Shown here: positions 33,480 to 41,797 of the stretch, piece after piece | Position numbering within the stretch: the stretch's first letter is position 1 | How the letters are laid out: each line of letters begins with the position of its first letter | Source: Thermoleophilia bacterium UBA2241 | Lineage (GTDB): Bacteria > Actinomycetota > Thermoleophilia > UBA2241 | Assembly (NCBI GenBank): GCA_002347645.1 | Contig: DDYF01000034.1 | Coordinates: 1,907 to 65,906, forward strand | DNA: 64,000 bases | Reading direction: 5' to 3' | Program-made: the position numbers and the translations under genes | Notes under the pieces: model-generated | Seen by the model: only the letters and a program-made list of their open reading frames with translations | Database searches by the model: none | Told to the model about the DNA's origin: nothing

Positions 33480-35357
33480 TCAGATGCCCAGCGCCTCCCG
33501 CTTGCTCGCGATGTGCGCCAGCATCGCGGCCACGGCCTCGCCGGCGTCCGTCTCGACGGCCAGCTTGCCGCCGGTGACGCCGGGCAGGTCCTGGGTCACG
33601 AGCTTGACGAGATTCGGCGCGCCGGTCACGAACGGCATCGGGTTGACGTGCACGTAGAGACCGAAGGCCAGCGCCGCCATGGCGTCGATGGTCGCCTTCT
33701 GCTCCATGTACTCGGGGGCCGTTGCCACTACAGGCAACGCCGGTACGTCCACACCGAGCGCGTCGGCGATGGCGCCGACGAGCAGCATGATTCGGCCCGT
33801 GTCGGTGCAGGTGCCGAAGCTGAGAACGGGCGGGATGCCGAGCAGTTCGCAGACGGCCTTGAGGCCGTGGCCGGCCATCTCCTTGGCCTCGGCCGCCTCG
33901 AGGCCGGCGACCTGCAGGGCGGCGTTGCCGCAACCCAACGCCAGGACGAGCACGTCGTTCTTGATGAGCTCCTTGGCCACGGCCACGGTGAAGCTGTCCT
34001 GGTCGCTGTCGCGCAGCGTGGTGCAGCTCACGAGGCCGCAGACGCCCTTGAGGGTCCCGTTCTTGATGACGTCGAGGAGCGGGTCGAGGCTGCCGCCGAG
34101 GGTGCCGAGGAGCGACTCGGTGCTGAACCCGGCGACGGCATCGCCCTTGCGCAGCGGGGGCGTGGTCTGGCCGAGGGCGTTCCTCTTGGGGAAGTTCGCC
34201 ACGGCCAGGTCGATGAGCTGCTGCGCCTGCTCGGCGGCCTTCGACGCCTCGAACACGATCGGCTTCTCGGCGCCGTCGATGCCGACGAGGTCGCTGACGG
34301 GGACGAGCAGCGTGCCGTGGGCGGCGCAGGTCGCGCCGAGGGTCGGCACGGTGCAGTTCATGTCGGCGGCGAACATGTCCAGGCCACCGGTGGCGACGGC
34401 AAGTTCCTCGTTCAACCAGTTGCCGGTGAGGCCCACGAACACGTCATCCACCTCGAAGCGCTGGACGAGCTCCTGGCCGGTCTCGATGGAGCCGACGATG
34501 CGCAGGCCTTTGGCGCCGGCGACCTTCGCCTTCTCCTGGGCCGCCGGCTCGTGGGCGGCGGCGATCAGGGCGGCGCCGATCATCGGTTCGTGTCCGTTGA
34601 CAAGGATGTTCACGTACTCGGGGTCGATGATGCCCAGGTCGACCTTGATCGGATGCGGGGCAGGCGTGCCCCAAAGGGCGTCCTGCGCGAGCTCGAGGGG
34701 GACCTGCGCGCCGTAGGCGGTCGCGACGCCCAGGCGCAGGGCCTTGAGCGCGAGGCTGACGTAGTCGCCGTCGACGTTGGTGAAGCAGCTCGAAGTGGCG
34801 AACATACTCTCGTGGAAGATGCCGCCCGGCATGATCCCGAGCTTCTTCCACGTCTCGACGCGCGCCGCCGGCGCCAACTTCTCGACGAACGGCGAAGGGC
34901 TCTGGTGGTCGCGGTTGAACTCGGTGAGGATCGCGTCGGCGAGGCGCTTCGGCAGCGTGTCCTTGGGCTCGACGGGCTCGCCGACGACGGCGGCGAGCGT
35001 CTCGAGCTTGCTCCAGTCCTTGATCTCGTACGTCCCGCCCGGCTTCGCCTCGCGGAGGGTCTTCATGACTTCGGTGGCGTGATACGTGTAGGTCGCGGTC
35101 CCCATGGTGTTCTGCAGGAGCAGGTTGCGCATCGCCATGCCGTCGGCGTCGATGCCGCAGACGCCGCGCGGCGTCCTCTCGGTGATACGGCAGGGGCCCT
35201 GCGAGCAGAGCGAGCAGCGGATGCCGCCCTCGCAGAACTTGCAGCGCTTGGTGCCGAGGTCGCCCTGCGCCTCCATACGGTCGAAGACGGTGTCCTCGGC
35301 GGCCGCGCGGGTCTTCTCCAGCATGGTGTGGACCGAGGCGTGTGAGCTATCCGCCAT
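33480..35357 (-). CDS. cooS: anaerobic Ni-Fe carbon monoxide dehydrogenase catalytic subunit
   Basis: 625-aa ORF. CKFCEGGIRCSLCSQGPCRI...GVCGIDADGMAMRNLL matches the CooS N-terminal cluster-binding signature. The length is typical. Confidence 0.88.
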   Translation of the reverse strand: MADSSHASVHTMLEKTRAAAEDTVFDRMEAQGDLGTKRCKFCEGGIRCSLCSQGPCRITERTPRGVCGIDADGMAMRNLLLQNTMGTATYTYHATEVMKTLREAKPGGTYEIKDWSKLETLAAVVGEPVEPKDTLPKRLADAILTEFNRDHQSPSPFVEKLAPAARVETWKKLGIMPGGIFHESMFATSSCFTNVDGDYVSLALKALRLGVATAYGAQVPLELAQDALWGTPAPHPIKVDLGIIDPEYVNILVNGHEPMIGAALIAAAHEPAAQEKAKVAGAKGLRIVGSIETGQELVQRFEVDDVFVGLTGNWLNEELAVATGGLDMFAADMNCTVPTLGATCAAHGTLLVPVSDLVGIDGAEKPIVFEASKAAEQAQQLIDLAVANFPKRNALGQTTPPLRKGDAVAGFSTESLLGTLGGSLDPLLDVIKNGTLKGVCGLVSCTTLRDSDQDSFTVAVAKELIKNDVLVLALGCGNAALQVAGLEAAEAKEMAGHGLKAVCELLGIPPVLSFGTCTDTGRIMLLVGAIADALGVDVPALPVVATAPEYMEQKATIDAMAALAFGLYVHVNPMPFVTGAPNLVKLVTQDLPGVTGGKLAVETDAGEAVAAMLAHIASKREALGI

Positions 35358-35408
35358 GGACTCCTCCCGGGCGGCGGTGATGGAAAGGCCGGGCGCGCGC
35401 GGCGCTGG

Positions 35409-35792
35409 TCAACCGTGGATGAGTTCGGGCAGGCACTTGACGCAGACCCAGGTGCTCTCGCCCGACTTGCGGCACGGGAAGAGGACGGCGTCCATCTCGC
35501 TGCGCCCGCAGTTGAAGCAGCGCTGCTGGATCGCGACGGCCGCGGCCAGCTTCTCGGCCACGCGCTCCGCGGCGGCTTCTTCGTCGAACGCCGCCGCGTC
35601 GCGCTGTTCGATCGTGAGCGCGCCGGTAGGGCAGACGGCGAGGCAGAAGCCGGCGCCGTCGCACAGCTCATCTTTGACGACCTTCGCCTTCCCGTCGACC
35701 AGCTCGATCGCGCCTTCGGCGCACGGGGTCACGCAGAGCCCACACCCGTTGCAGAGCTCCTCGTCGATCTTCACGATGCTGCGGACTGCCAT
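35409..35792 (-). CDS. 2x[4Fe-4S] ferredoxin-domain protein with a C-terminal Cys4 ribbon, upstream of cooS
   Basis: ATG at residue 17 of ORF 35409..35840, with AAAGGGG about 9 nt upstream. [12 protein letters not shown]-type and [12 protein letters not shown] motifs, then CFNCG...CVKC. Confidence 0.75.
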   Translation of the reverse strand: MAVRSIVKIDEELCNGCGLCVTPCAEGAIELVDGKAKVVKDELCDGAGFCLAVCPTGALTIEQRDAAAFDEEAAAERVAEKLAAAVAIQQRCFNCGRSEMDAVLFPCRKSGESTWVCVKCLPELIHG

Positions 35793-35954
35793 GAGTATGT
35801 GACCCCTTTCCGGTTTCGCGGCCGCCGACCCCATCGGCACCGTGGTGTCGGTGGAGCCAGGGGAACGGCCGTCTTGGCCCGCCGCCGTCTATGGCGACGG
35901 GGTAAACACTATCGTCGTGATGGTTACCGTAGCGGCTCTTCGGCTGCCGGTACA

Positions 35955-35986
35955 TTGACCTCTGTCAACGCATTGACCAGCGTCAA
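35955..35986. promoter_or_regulatory. two tandem FNR/CRP-type palindromes TTGAC-N4-GTCAA in the divergent ferredoxin-cooS / oxidoreductase intergenic region
   Basis: TTGACCTCTGTCAA (35955-35968) and TTGACCAGCGTCAA (35973-35986), centres 18 bp apart, each preceded by CA. A CRP/FNR regulator with an E--SR recognition helix lies at 38661-39359. Confidence 0.55.
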
Positions 35987-36068
35987 CCCTCAGGCCGACG
36001 TTCGGGAGGCGCGGGAGCGGGTACAACCCCGGCCGACCACCTGGACGCGACCCCGACCCGGAGGGCTC

Positions 36069-37769
36069 TTGGACTCGTTCTCCGTCCTGATCGGCGGCAA
36101 GGCCGGCGACGGGATCACCGAAGCCGGCGGCATGATCGCCCACCTGCTCAACGAGCTTGGGTACCGGCTCTACCGGCACACCGACTCCCCCTCCTTGATC
36201 CGCGGTGGTCACAACTTCGCGATCGTGCGCGCGCACCGCGGCCGCATCGGCGCGCATCGTGACCACGTCAACGTCCTCATCGCGCTGAACAAGGAGACGC
36301 TTGCGACGCACGCGTGGCGGCTCAAACAGCGCCCGGTCACGGTCTACGACAACGAGACGATCACGGCGGAAGACCTGCCGTCGATGGCGCACCCGTTCCG
36401 CACCGGCATCCCCGTGGCGACCATCCTCGAGCAGGAGGAGGCCCCGTCGGTGATGCGCAACACCGCGATCCTGGGAGCCTTCTGCAAGGCGATCTCGATC
36501 CCATGGATGGTGCTCGAGGACGTCATCAAGCGGTACCAGCCGAAGAAGACCGAGCTGAACCTCAAGGTCGCGCGCCGGGGCTACGACGCCGCGACCGAGA
36601 AGCTGCTCGTCGACCTTCCGGGCGGTGGACCCGTGCCCGTGGTCGGCGGGCTCGAGGCCACCGGGCTGGGGCTCATCCGCGGCGGCCTGAAGGCGTACGC
36701 GGGGTATCCGATGACGCCGGCCAGCGGGCTGCTGCACTTCCTCGCCCGGCAGGCGCCGCGTTTCGAGCTCAAGGTCGTGCAGCCCGAGGGCGAGATCGCC
36801 GCGGTCGTCATGGCGCTGGGGCACGCTTATGCGGGCGAACGCGCCGCCGTCGGCACGTCGGGCGGCGGGTTCGCCCTCATGGTCGAGGCCCTCAGCATGG
36901 CCGGGCAGGCTGAGCTGCCGATCGTCGTCGTGCTCGGCCAGCGGCCCGGCCCCAGCACGGGCCTGCCGACCTACACCGCCCAGGGCGACCTCGAGTTCGC
37001 CCTGACGGCGGGGCACGGCGAGTTCCCGCGGGCGGTCGTCGCCCCGGGCGACGTCGAGCAGGCCTACGCGTGGAGCACGCTGGCGATGGACCTGGCGTGG
37101 AAGTACCAGGCGCCGGTCATCGTCCTCGGCGACCGGACGCTCAACGACAACGCGCAGAGCTTCGTCGCCGGCGACGTGCCGTCGCTGCCGCGTCTTGAGC
37201 AGAAGGACTGGGACGGCGCTTCCATGGACGCCTCCCCCGACCTCGCCTACAAGCGCTACCTCATCACCGACGACGGCGTCTCACCCCTCGCGTTCCCCGG
37301 CCGCGAGGGTGCGGTCGTCAAGGTGAACAGCTACACCCACGACGAGTACGGGTTCACGACGGAGGACCCGGCGACGACCGTCGCCATGCAGGACAAGTGG
37401 CTACGCAAAGGGCGGGCCATGGCCGAGGAGTTGGACGGGCTGCCCACCGTCAACGTGTTCGGCGATCCCCGGGCGTCCCGCACCGTCGTCACGTGGGGCT
37501 CTCCGGTGGGCGCGCTGCGCGAGATCGCTGGCCTCGCGGGCCTGCGCGTCGTACAACCCGTGGTGCTGTGGCCGTTCCCGCGGCGCCGTCTGCAGGAGGC
37601 ACTGGCCGGCAGCGACCAGGTCGTCGCCGTCGAGATGAACGCGACCGGTCAGCTGGCCGGCCTGTTGCGTCGCCACGGCTTCGCCGTGCACGGGACCCTG
37701 CTCCGCTACGACGGTCGGCCGTGGGGTGTGGGCGAGTTGCGGCAGCGCGTCGAGGAGGAGCTGGCATGA
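36069..37769 (+). CDS. 2-oxoacid:ferredoxin oxidoreductase, fused gamma-alpha subunit
   Basis: Real gene within ORF 35415..37769. FSVLIGGKAGDGITEAGGMIAHLL (gamma-type N-terminus), then GYPMTPASGLLHFLA and MAGQAELPIVVVLGQRPGPSTGLPT (alpha). The start is uncertain: TTG 36069 lies only 3-4 nt after GGAGGG. Confidence 0.75.
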   Translation: MDSFSVLIGGKAGDGITEAGGMIAHLLNELGYRLYRHTDSPSLIRGGHNFAIVRAHRGRIGAHRDHVNVLIALNKETLATHAWRLKQRPVTVYDNETITAEDLPSMAHPFRTGIPVATILEQEEAPSVMRNTAILGAFCKAISIPWMVLEDVIKRYQPKKTELNLKVARRGYDAATEKLLVDLPGGGPVPVVGGLEATGLGLIRGGLKAYAGYPMTPASGLLHFLARQAPRFELKVVQPEGEIAAVVMALGHAYAGERAAVGTSGGGFALMVEALSMAGQAELPIVVVLGQRPGPSTGLPTYTAQGDLEFALTAGHGEFPRAVVAPGDVEQAYAWSTLAMDLAWKYQAPVIVLGDRTLNDNAQSFVAGDVPSLPRLEQKDWDGASMDASPDLAYKRYLITDDGVSPLAFPGREGAVVKVNSYTHDEYGFTTEDPATTVAMQDKWLRKGRAMAEELDGLPTVNVFGDPRASRTVVTWGSPVGALREIAGLAGLRVVQPVVLWPFPRRRLQEALAGSDQVVAVEMNATGQLAGLLRRHGFAVHGTLLRYDGRPWGVGELRQRVEEELA

Positions 37770-38617
37770 GCGCCGTCAAGCTTGGGACGACGGCCAGGAA
37801 CACGTGGTGTCCGGGGTGCGGTAACTTCGCCGTGCTGAACGCGTCCACGGCCGTTCTCACCGACCTGATCGCGAGTGGGACGCGGCGCGAGGACATCGTC
37901 GTCGTGGCCGACATCGGCTGCAGCAGCAAGATCATCGACTACATGGGGGTCAACAGCTTCGACTCACTGCACGGCCGCGCGATCGCGACGGCCGTCGGCG
38001 TCAAGCTGGCCAACCCGGATCTCACCGTGGTGGTCCACGCGGGCGACGGCGGCGCCTACGCCGAGGGGCTCGAGCACCTGCTCTTCGCCGCCAAGCGCAA
38101 CGTGGACATCACCGTCATCGTCCACGACAACGGCGTGTACGGTCTGACCATCGGGCAGGCGGGCCCGATGACACCGCCGGGCTACAAGGGACGCTCGACG
38201 CCCTACGGCAGCGAGGGTGCGCCCTTCAATCCGCTGGAGCTGCTCCACGTCGCGGGGGCGACGTGGCTCGGCCGCGGGTACACCCACGGCATACCGCTGT
38301 TGAAGAAGCTCTACCGCGAAGCCATCGGCCACCGCGGGTTCAGCCTCGTCGACACGCTGCAGGTCTGCGTGACCTTCCGCAACATGTACGACGTCTACAA
38401 CGAGCGTGTCTACGAGCTTGAGGATCACGACCCGTGCGACGAAGCGCGCGCGCTCGAGAAGATCCGCGAGTGGGACTACGCCTCCGACGGGCCCATAGCG
38501 CTGGGCACGCTCAGCGTGCGCGACCGGCCCGTCTTCGGCGAGCGCTTTCTCAGCTACGGCGGGGCGCCCGTCGACGTCGAGGCCGGCGTGGCGGAGGTAC
38601 TGCGCGGCCGGGCGTGA
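37766..38617 (+). CDS. 2-oxoacid:ferredoxin oxidoreductase beta (TPP-binding) subunit
   Basis: ATG at residue 124 of ORF 37397..38617, ATGA overlap with the alpha stop. NTWCPGCGNFAVL, DIGCSSK, VVHAGDGGAYAEGLEHL, VIVHDNGVYGLTIGQ. Confidence 0.88.
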   Translation: MSAVKLGTTARNTWCPGCGNFAVLNASTAVLTDLIASGTRREDIVVVADIGCSSKIIDYMGVNSFDSLHGRAIATAVGVKLANPDLTVVVHAGDGGAYAEGLEHLLFAAKRNVDITVIVHDNGVYGLTIGQAGPMTPPGYKGRSTPYGSEGAPFNPLELLHVAGATWLGRGYTHGIPLLKKLYREAIGHRGFSLVDTLQVCVTFRNMYDVYNERVYELEDHDPCDEARALEKIREWDYASDGPIALGTLSVRDRPVFGERFLSYGGAPVDVEAGVAEVLRGRA

Positions 38618-38660
38618 GCTGGGCCGCGCGAAGCCGCCGCGCGCTCCCTTTGCCTGCAGG

Positions 38661-39359
38661 CTACTCCTGCGCCATGCGGTGCAGGGCGGCGAAGTCGAGG
38701 ATCTCGATCAACTCGCCGCCGCCGCTCATCCGCACGACGTCGGCGCGCTTGTAGCGGTCAAACGTCCGGCTCAGCGTCTCCGGGACGGTGCCGAGGCGGG
38801 CGGCGAGCTCGCGCTTGCTCGTCGGCAGCCTCACGATGCGGGGCGCTATCAAAGGCGCGCTGAGCTGCTCCTCCGCGAGCTCGAGCAGGTAGCGCGCAAG
38901 GCGTGCCGGCACCGGGAGGAGCAGTTCCTCGACACGGCGGTTGAGCATGATCATCAGCCGTGCCATGGCGGCGAGCACGCCGAGCGCGATCTCCGGGTGC
39001 TCGAGCATGAGGGCACGAAACTCGCCCGTCTCGAACCGATACAGGCGGCAGTCCTCCATCGTCTCTGTGCTCGACGGGTACACGTCGTGGAAGAGCACCG
39101 ATTCGCCGAAGGTCTCGCCCGGACCCACGTGGCGGATCGTCGCCATGCGCCCGTCGCGGAAGAGCTTGAAGACCTTGACCTTGCCCTCCGCGAGGAGGAA
39201 GAACGCCTTCGCGGGGTCACCCTGGCTGAAGACGGTGCGCGCGGGCGGCAGCGAGACCGGACAGGCGATGCCCGTGAGCCGGTCGAGTTGTCCGTCGTCG
39301 AGGCCCTGGAACAGTGTCGAGCGGCGCAGGTCGGCGAGCGTGCGCGGTACGGCGTCCAT
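38661..39359 (-). CDS. CRP/FNR-family transcriptional regulator (cNMP-binding-like domain plus HTH)
   Basis: 232-aa ORF. LFQGLDDGQLDRL...FSQGDPAKAFFLLAEGKVKVF...GETFGE. The HTH is SKRELAARLGTVPETLSRTFDRY with an E--SR motif. No N-terminal Cys cluster. Confidence 0.88.
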   Translation of the reverse strand: MDAVPRTLADLRRSTLFQGLDDGQLDRLTGIACPVSLPPARTVFSQGDPAKAFFLLAEGKVKVFKLFRDGRMATIRHVGPGETFGESVLFHDVYPSSTETMEDCRLYRFETGEFRALMLEHPEIALGVLAAMARLMIMLNRRVEELLLPVPARLARYLLELAEEQLSAPLIAPRIVRLPTSKRELAARLGTVPETLSRTFDRYKRADVVRMSGGGELIEILDFAALHRMAQE

Positions 39360-39455
39360 GGCCCGCAGTATACCTGTGGGCCGCGCGTCGCCGGCCGCGC
39401 GTGGCCGGCCGCGACCCTGCGGTGCGGCGGCCGCTCGACCTGGCCGTCGCCGCCC

Positions 39456-41156
39456 TCACCCTGTGGCGCCGTCCGGACGGGCGACGCCCGGCGCGACACG
39501 CTCCACGACGATTGCCGACACGCCTGCGACAGGGCACTTGAACTCGCAGATCCCGCAGCCGATGCAGCGCTCGGTCACGACGCTGGGCCGCGCGACCCAG
39601 TTCTCGCCGCCGCTCGGCGACGGAACGTAGCGGCCCTCGTCGAGCTCGATCGCCTTCTCCGGTGTCGGGCACATCTCCTGGCAGACGATGCAGGGCGTGT
39701 CCTGGGCCCAAGGGAGGCAACGATCGCGGTCGATCACGGCGACTCCGAGCACCTGCGACCGCTTCTCCGCCAGCGTCAACCCTGGAATCGCGCCCGACGG
39801 ACAGGTCTGGCCGCAGGCGTTGCAGCCGTAGTCGCAGGCGCCGAGGCGTGGGACGAGGACGGGCGTCCACAGGGCTTGCAGTCCGCCCTCGAGGAGGGCC
39901 GGCTGCAGGCCCGACGTTGGGCATACCTTCATGCACTCGGTGCAGCGCAGGCAGAGCGAGAGAAAGCGGTCTTCGTCCTGCGAGCCCGGCGGGCGAAGGA
40001 CTGCCGGGCTCGGACGCCCGCCGGCGACGCCCGCCGTCACCAGCAGGTACGCGCCTGCTCCGGCGGCCGCCGAACCGATGAAGGCGCGGCGCCCCGGGTC
40101 GTACGATCGCCACGGCCCCGCCGCGGGTGTGCGCCCGAAACGCAGGGCGTCCGGTTTGGGACAGGCGACGAGGCAGTCGAGACACATCGTGCATTCCGAG
40201 CTCACGACGACTGCCCGATTGGCGCGAGGCTCGCCCGCGACGTCCTTCTCGTCATCTGCCCCCGAGTGGGCCGGCATCGATGTACCTCCCGCTCCCGGCA
40301 GCTCGATCGCCCCCAGGCCGCATGCCGCCGCGCACCGCCCGCAGCGATCGCAGGCCGTCCCGACGACCGGGCGCAGGACCGCGACCTTGGCCAGGAGGCC
40401 GAGCAGGGCTCCAAGAGGGCAGAGGTAGCGGCACCAGAAGCGACCCGCCAGCAGGCCGAGGGCGATCACCGCGGCGAACACGAGGGCGAGGGCGATGGTC
40501 TGCGCGAATCTTGGCTCCACCACCGGAAGCACGGTGCCGCGGAGCCTGTCGTCTATCCAAGAGATCGTGGGCTCGAGCGCCGGCCACCGCAGGAGAAAGC
40601 GCTCGACGCTGGTCGCGCCGTGGGCGAGTGCGGGGATCACCGTGGTGGTCGCCGTCCGCGTCAGGAGCGAGAGGGGATCGAGCACCATGAGCGTCAGACT
40701 GCCGAACGCCGCCATGGTCAGGATCACCGTCAGCAGGACGTGCTTCGCGCGGCGGAGGCCCTGCGGCAGCCGCCGCGCCCTTCTCTCAGCGCCGTTGAAC
40801 GAGCACCACTCCAGCAGCGTGCCGAGCGGGCAGACCCAGCCGCACCACACGCGTCCGAGGGTGACCGTGGCGGCGACGGTCGCAAAGGCCAGGGCGAGCG
40901 TCCCGATCCACTGGCGTCCGGCGAGCATCGTCGCCGCCGCGGCGAGCGGGTCGAAGCGGAAGAAGCCGTCGGCGAGGGTCAACGGCCGATAGCGCTGAAG
41001 TGCGGCGAAGAGAAGGTAGACGAACAGCGCGAAGAAGACGGCTTGCGAGGCGCGCCGGACTCGGCGCGCCTCGCTCCACCCGCTTCTCTCGCGCCCCCTC
41101 ACGGCCGGGCGTCCCTCCACGGGACCCGGCCGGGCCGTCCCGTGACCGCACGTCAT
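39456..41156 (-). CDS. membrane-bound polyferredoxin (NapH/NosR-like 4Fe-4S binding protein)
   Basis: 566-aa ORF. TM helices with WCGWVCPLGTLLEW and FWCRYLCPLGALLGL. Several CxxCxxCxxxCP clusters (CDRCGRCAAAC, CTMCLDCLVACP, CLRCTECMKVCP, CNACGQTCP, CIGCGICEFKCP). The exact start is uncertain. Confidence 0.7.
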   Translation of the reverse strand: MTCGHGTARPGPVEGRPAVRGRERSGWSEARRVRRASQAVFFALFVYLLFAALQRYRPLTLADGFFRFDPLAAAATMLAGRQWIGTLALAFATVAATVTLGRVWCGWVCPLGTLLEWCSFNGAERRARRLPQGLRRAKHVLLTVILTMAAFGSLTLMVLDPLSLLTRTATTTVIPALAHGATSVERFLLRWPALEPTISWIDDRLRGTVLPVVEPRFAQTIALALVFAAVIALGLLAGRFWCRYLCPLGALLGLLAKVAVLRPVVGTACDRCGRCAAACGLGAIELPGAGGTSMPAHSGADDEKDVAGEPRANRAVVVSSECTMCLDCLVACPKPDALRFGRTPAAGPWRSYDPGRRAFIGSAAAGAGAYLLVTAGVAGGRPSPAVLRPPGSQDEDRFLSLCLRCTECMKVCPTSGLQPALLEGGLQALWTPVLVPRLGACDYGCNACGQTCPSGAIPGLTLAEKRSQVLGVAVIDRDRCLPWAQDTPCIVCQEMCPTPEKAIELDEGRYVPSPSGGENWVARPSVVTERCIGCGICEFKCPVAGVSAIVVERVAPGVARPDGATG

Positions 41157-41229
41157 GTGCTCAACGCCTTGGCCTGCGTGCCTCGACGATCCCGTCGCGG
41201 CCCGAGCGGTCGGTCACCCCGCCGTCGCC

Positions 41230-41679
41230 TCAGCCGAGCATCGCGCGCAGCTCGGCGGCTGCCGAACGCGCCTGCTGGGCCGCCTTGGCGAACAGCCGGG
41301 CGTCGTCGGCGAGGGCGTCCGCCGCGCGCGCGGCGAAGGCCTCGTGGTACGCGGCGATAGCATCCTCGACCTCGGCCATCTGCACGGCCGCGGCCGGCCA
41401 GGTAGCGGCGGGCTCACCCTCGAGCACGTGCGCGGGTCCGGTGCCGTCGATGTCGCTCCAGTCGGCGGCCGCGGCGGCGTCGACGCCGCTCTGGTGGGCG
41501 CGCAGCTTCTGCAGGCGGTCGTCGTGGGCGCAGGTGAGCACTTCGAACTTCTCGCGCCACGGCTCGCCGGGGGCGACCACCTCGGCGGCCGCCGCGAAGT
41601 CGGCGCCGGCGAGCTCGGCCTCCAGCGCGAAGCGAAAGGCGGATGCAGCGTCGGCGACAATGGGGAACTGGCGTGCCAC
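41230..41679 (-). CDS. hypothetical Ala-rich protein (149 aa)
   Basis: GTG start with GAAGGAGG 5 nt upstream. The alternative overlapping frame (41214..41660) is Pro/Arg/Ser-rich and less protein-like. No family recognised. Confidence 0.55.
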   Translation of the reverse strand: MARQFPIVADAASAFRFALEAELAGADFAAAAEVVAPGEPWREKFEVLTCAHDDRLQKLRAHQSGVDAAAAADWSDIDGTGPAHVLEGEPAATWPAAAVQMAEVEDAIAAYHEAFAARAADALADDARLFAKAAQQARSAAAELRAMLG

Positions 41680-41733
41680 GAAGGCCTCCTTCTCGCGAGC
41701 CTCGGTCGTCTTTCGCGCAGCCTACCCAGAAAC

Positions 41734-41773
41734 GACGGGGGCGCTCACCTCCGGAGAGGTGAGCGCCCCCGTC
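41734..41773 (-). terminator. perfect 18-bp hairpin downstream of mmsA
   Basis: GACGGGGGCGCTCACCTC-CGGA-GAGGTGAGCGCCCCCGTC, 25 nt after the mmsA stop (41798-41800, minus strand). Confidence 0.65.
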
Positions 41774-41797
41774 ACGAACGAGCGGTCCAGCTTGGTC

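Noticed and set aside
40030-40110. Twin-arginine-like motif (GRRAFIGSAAAGAGAYLLV) in the middle of the polyferredoxin, considered as evidence for two fused or mis-joined genes.
   Set aside because: There is no stop or frameshift nearby and the reading frame is continuous with Fe-S motifs on both sides. It is more simply an internal TM helix of a NapH/NosR-like protein.
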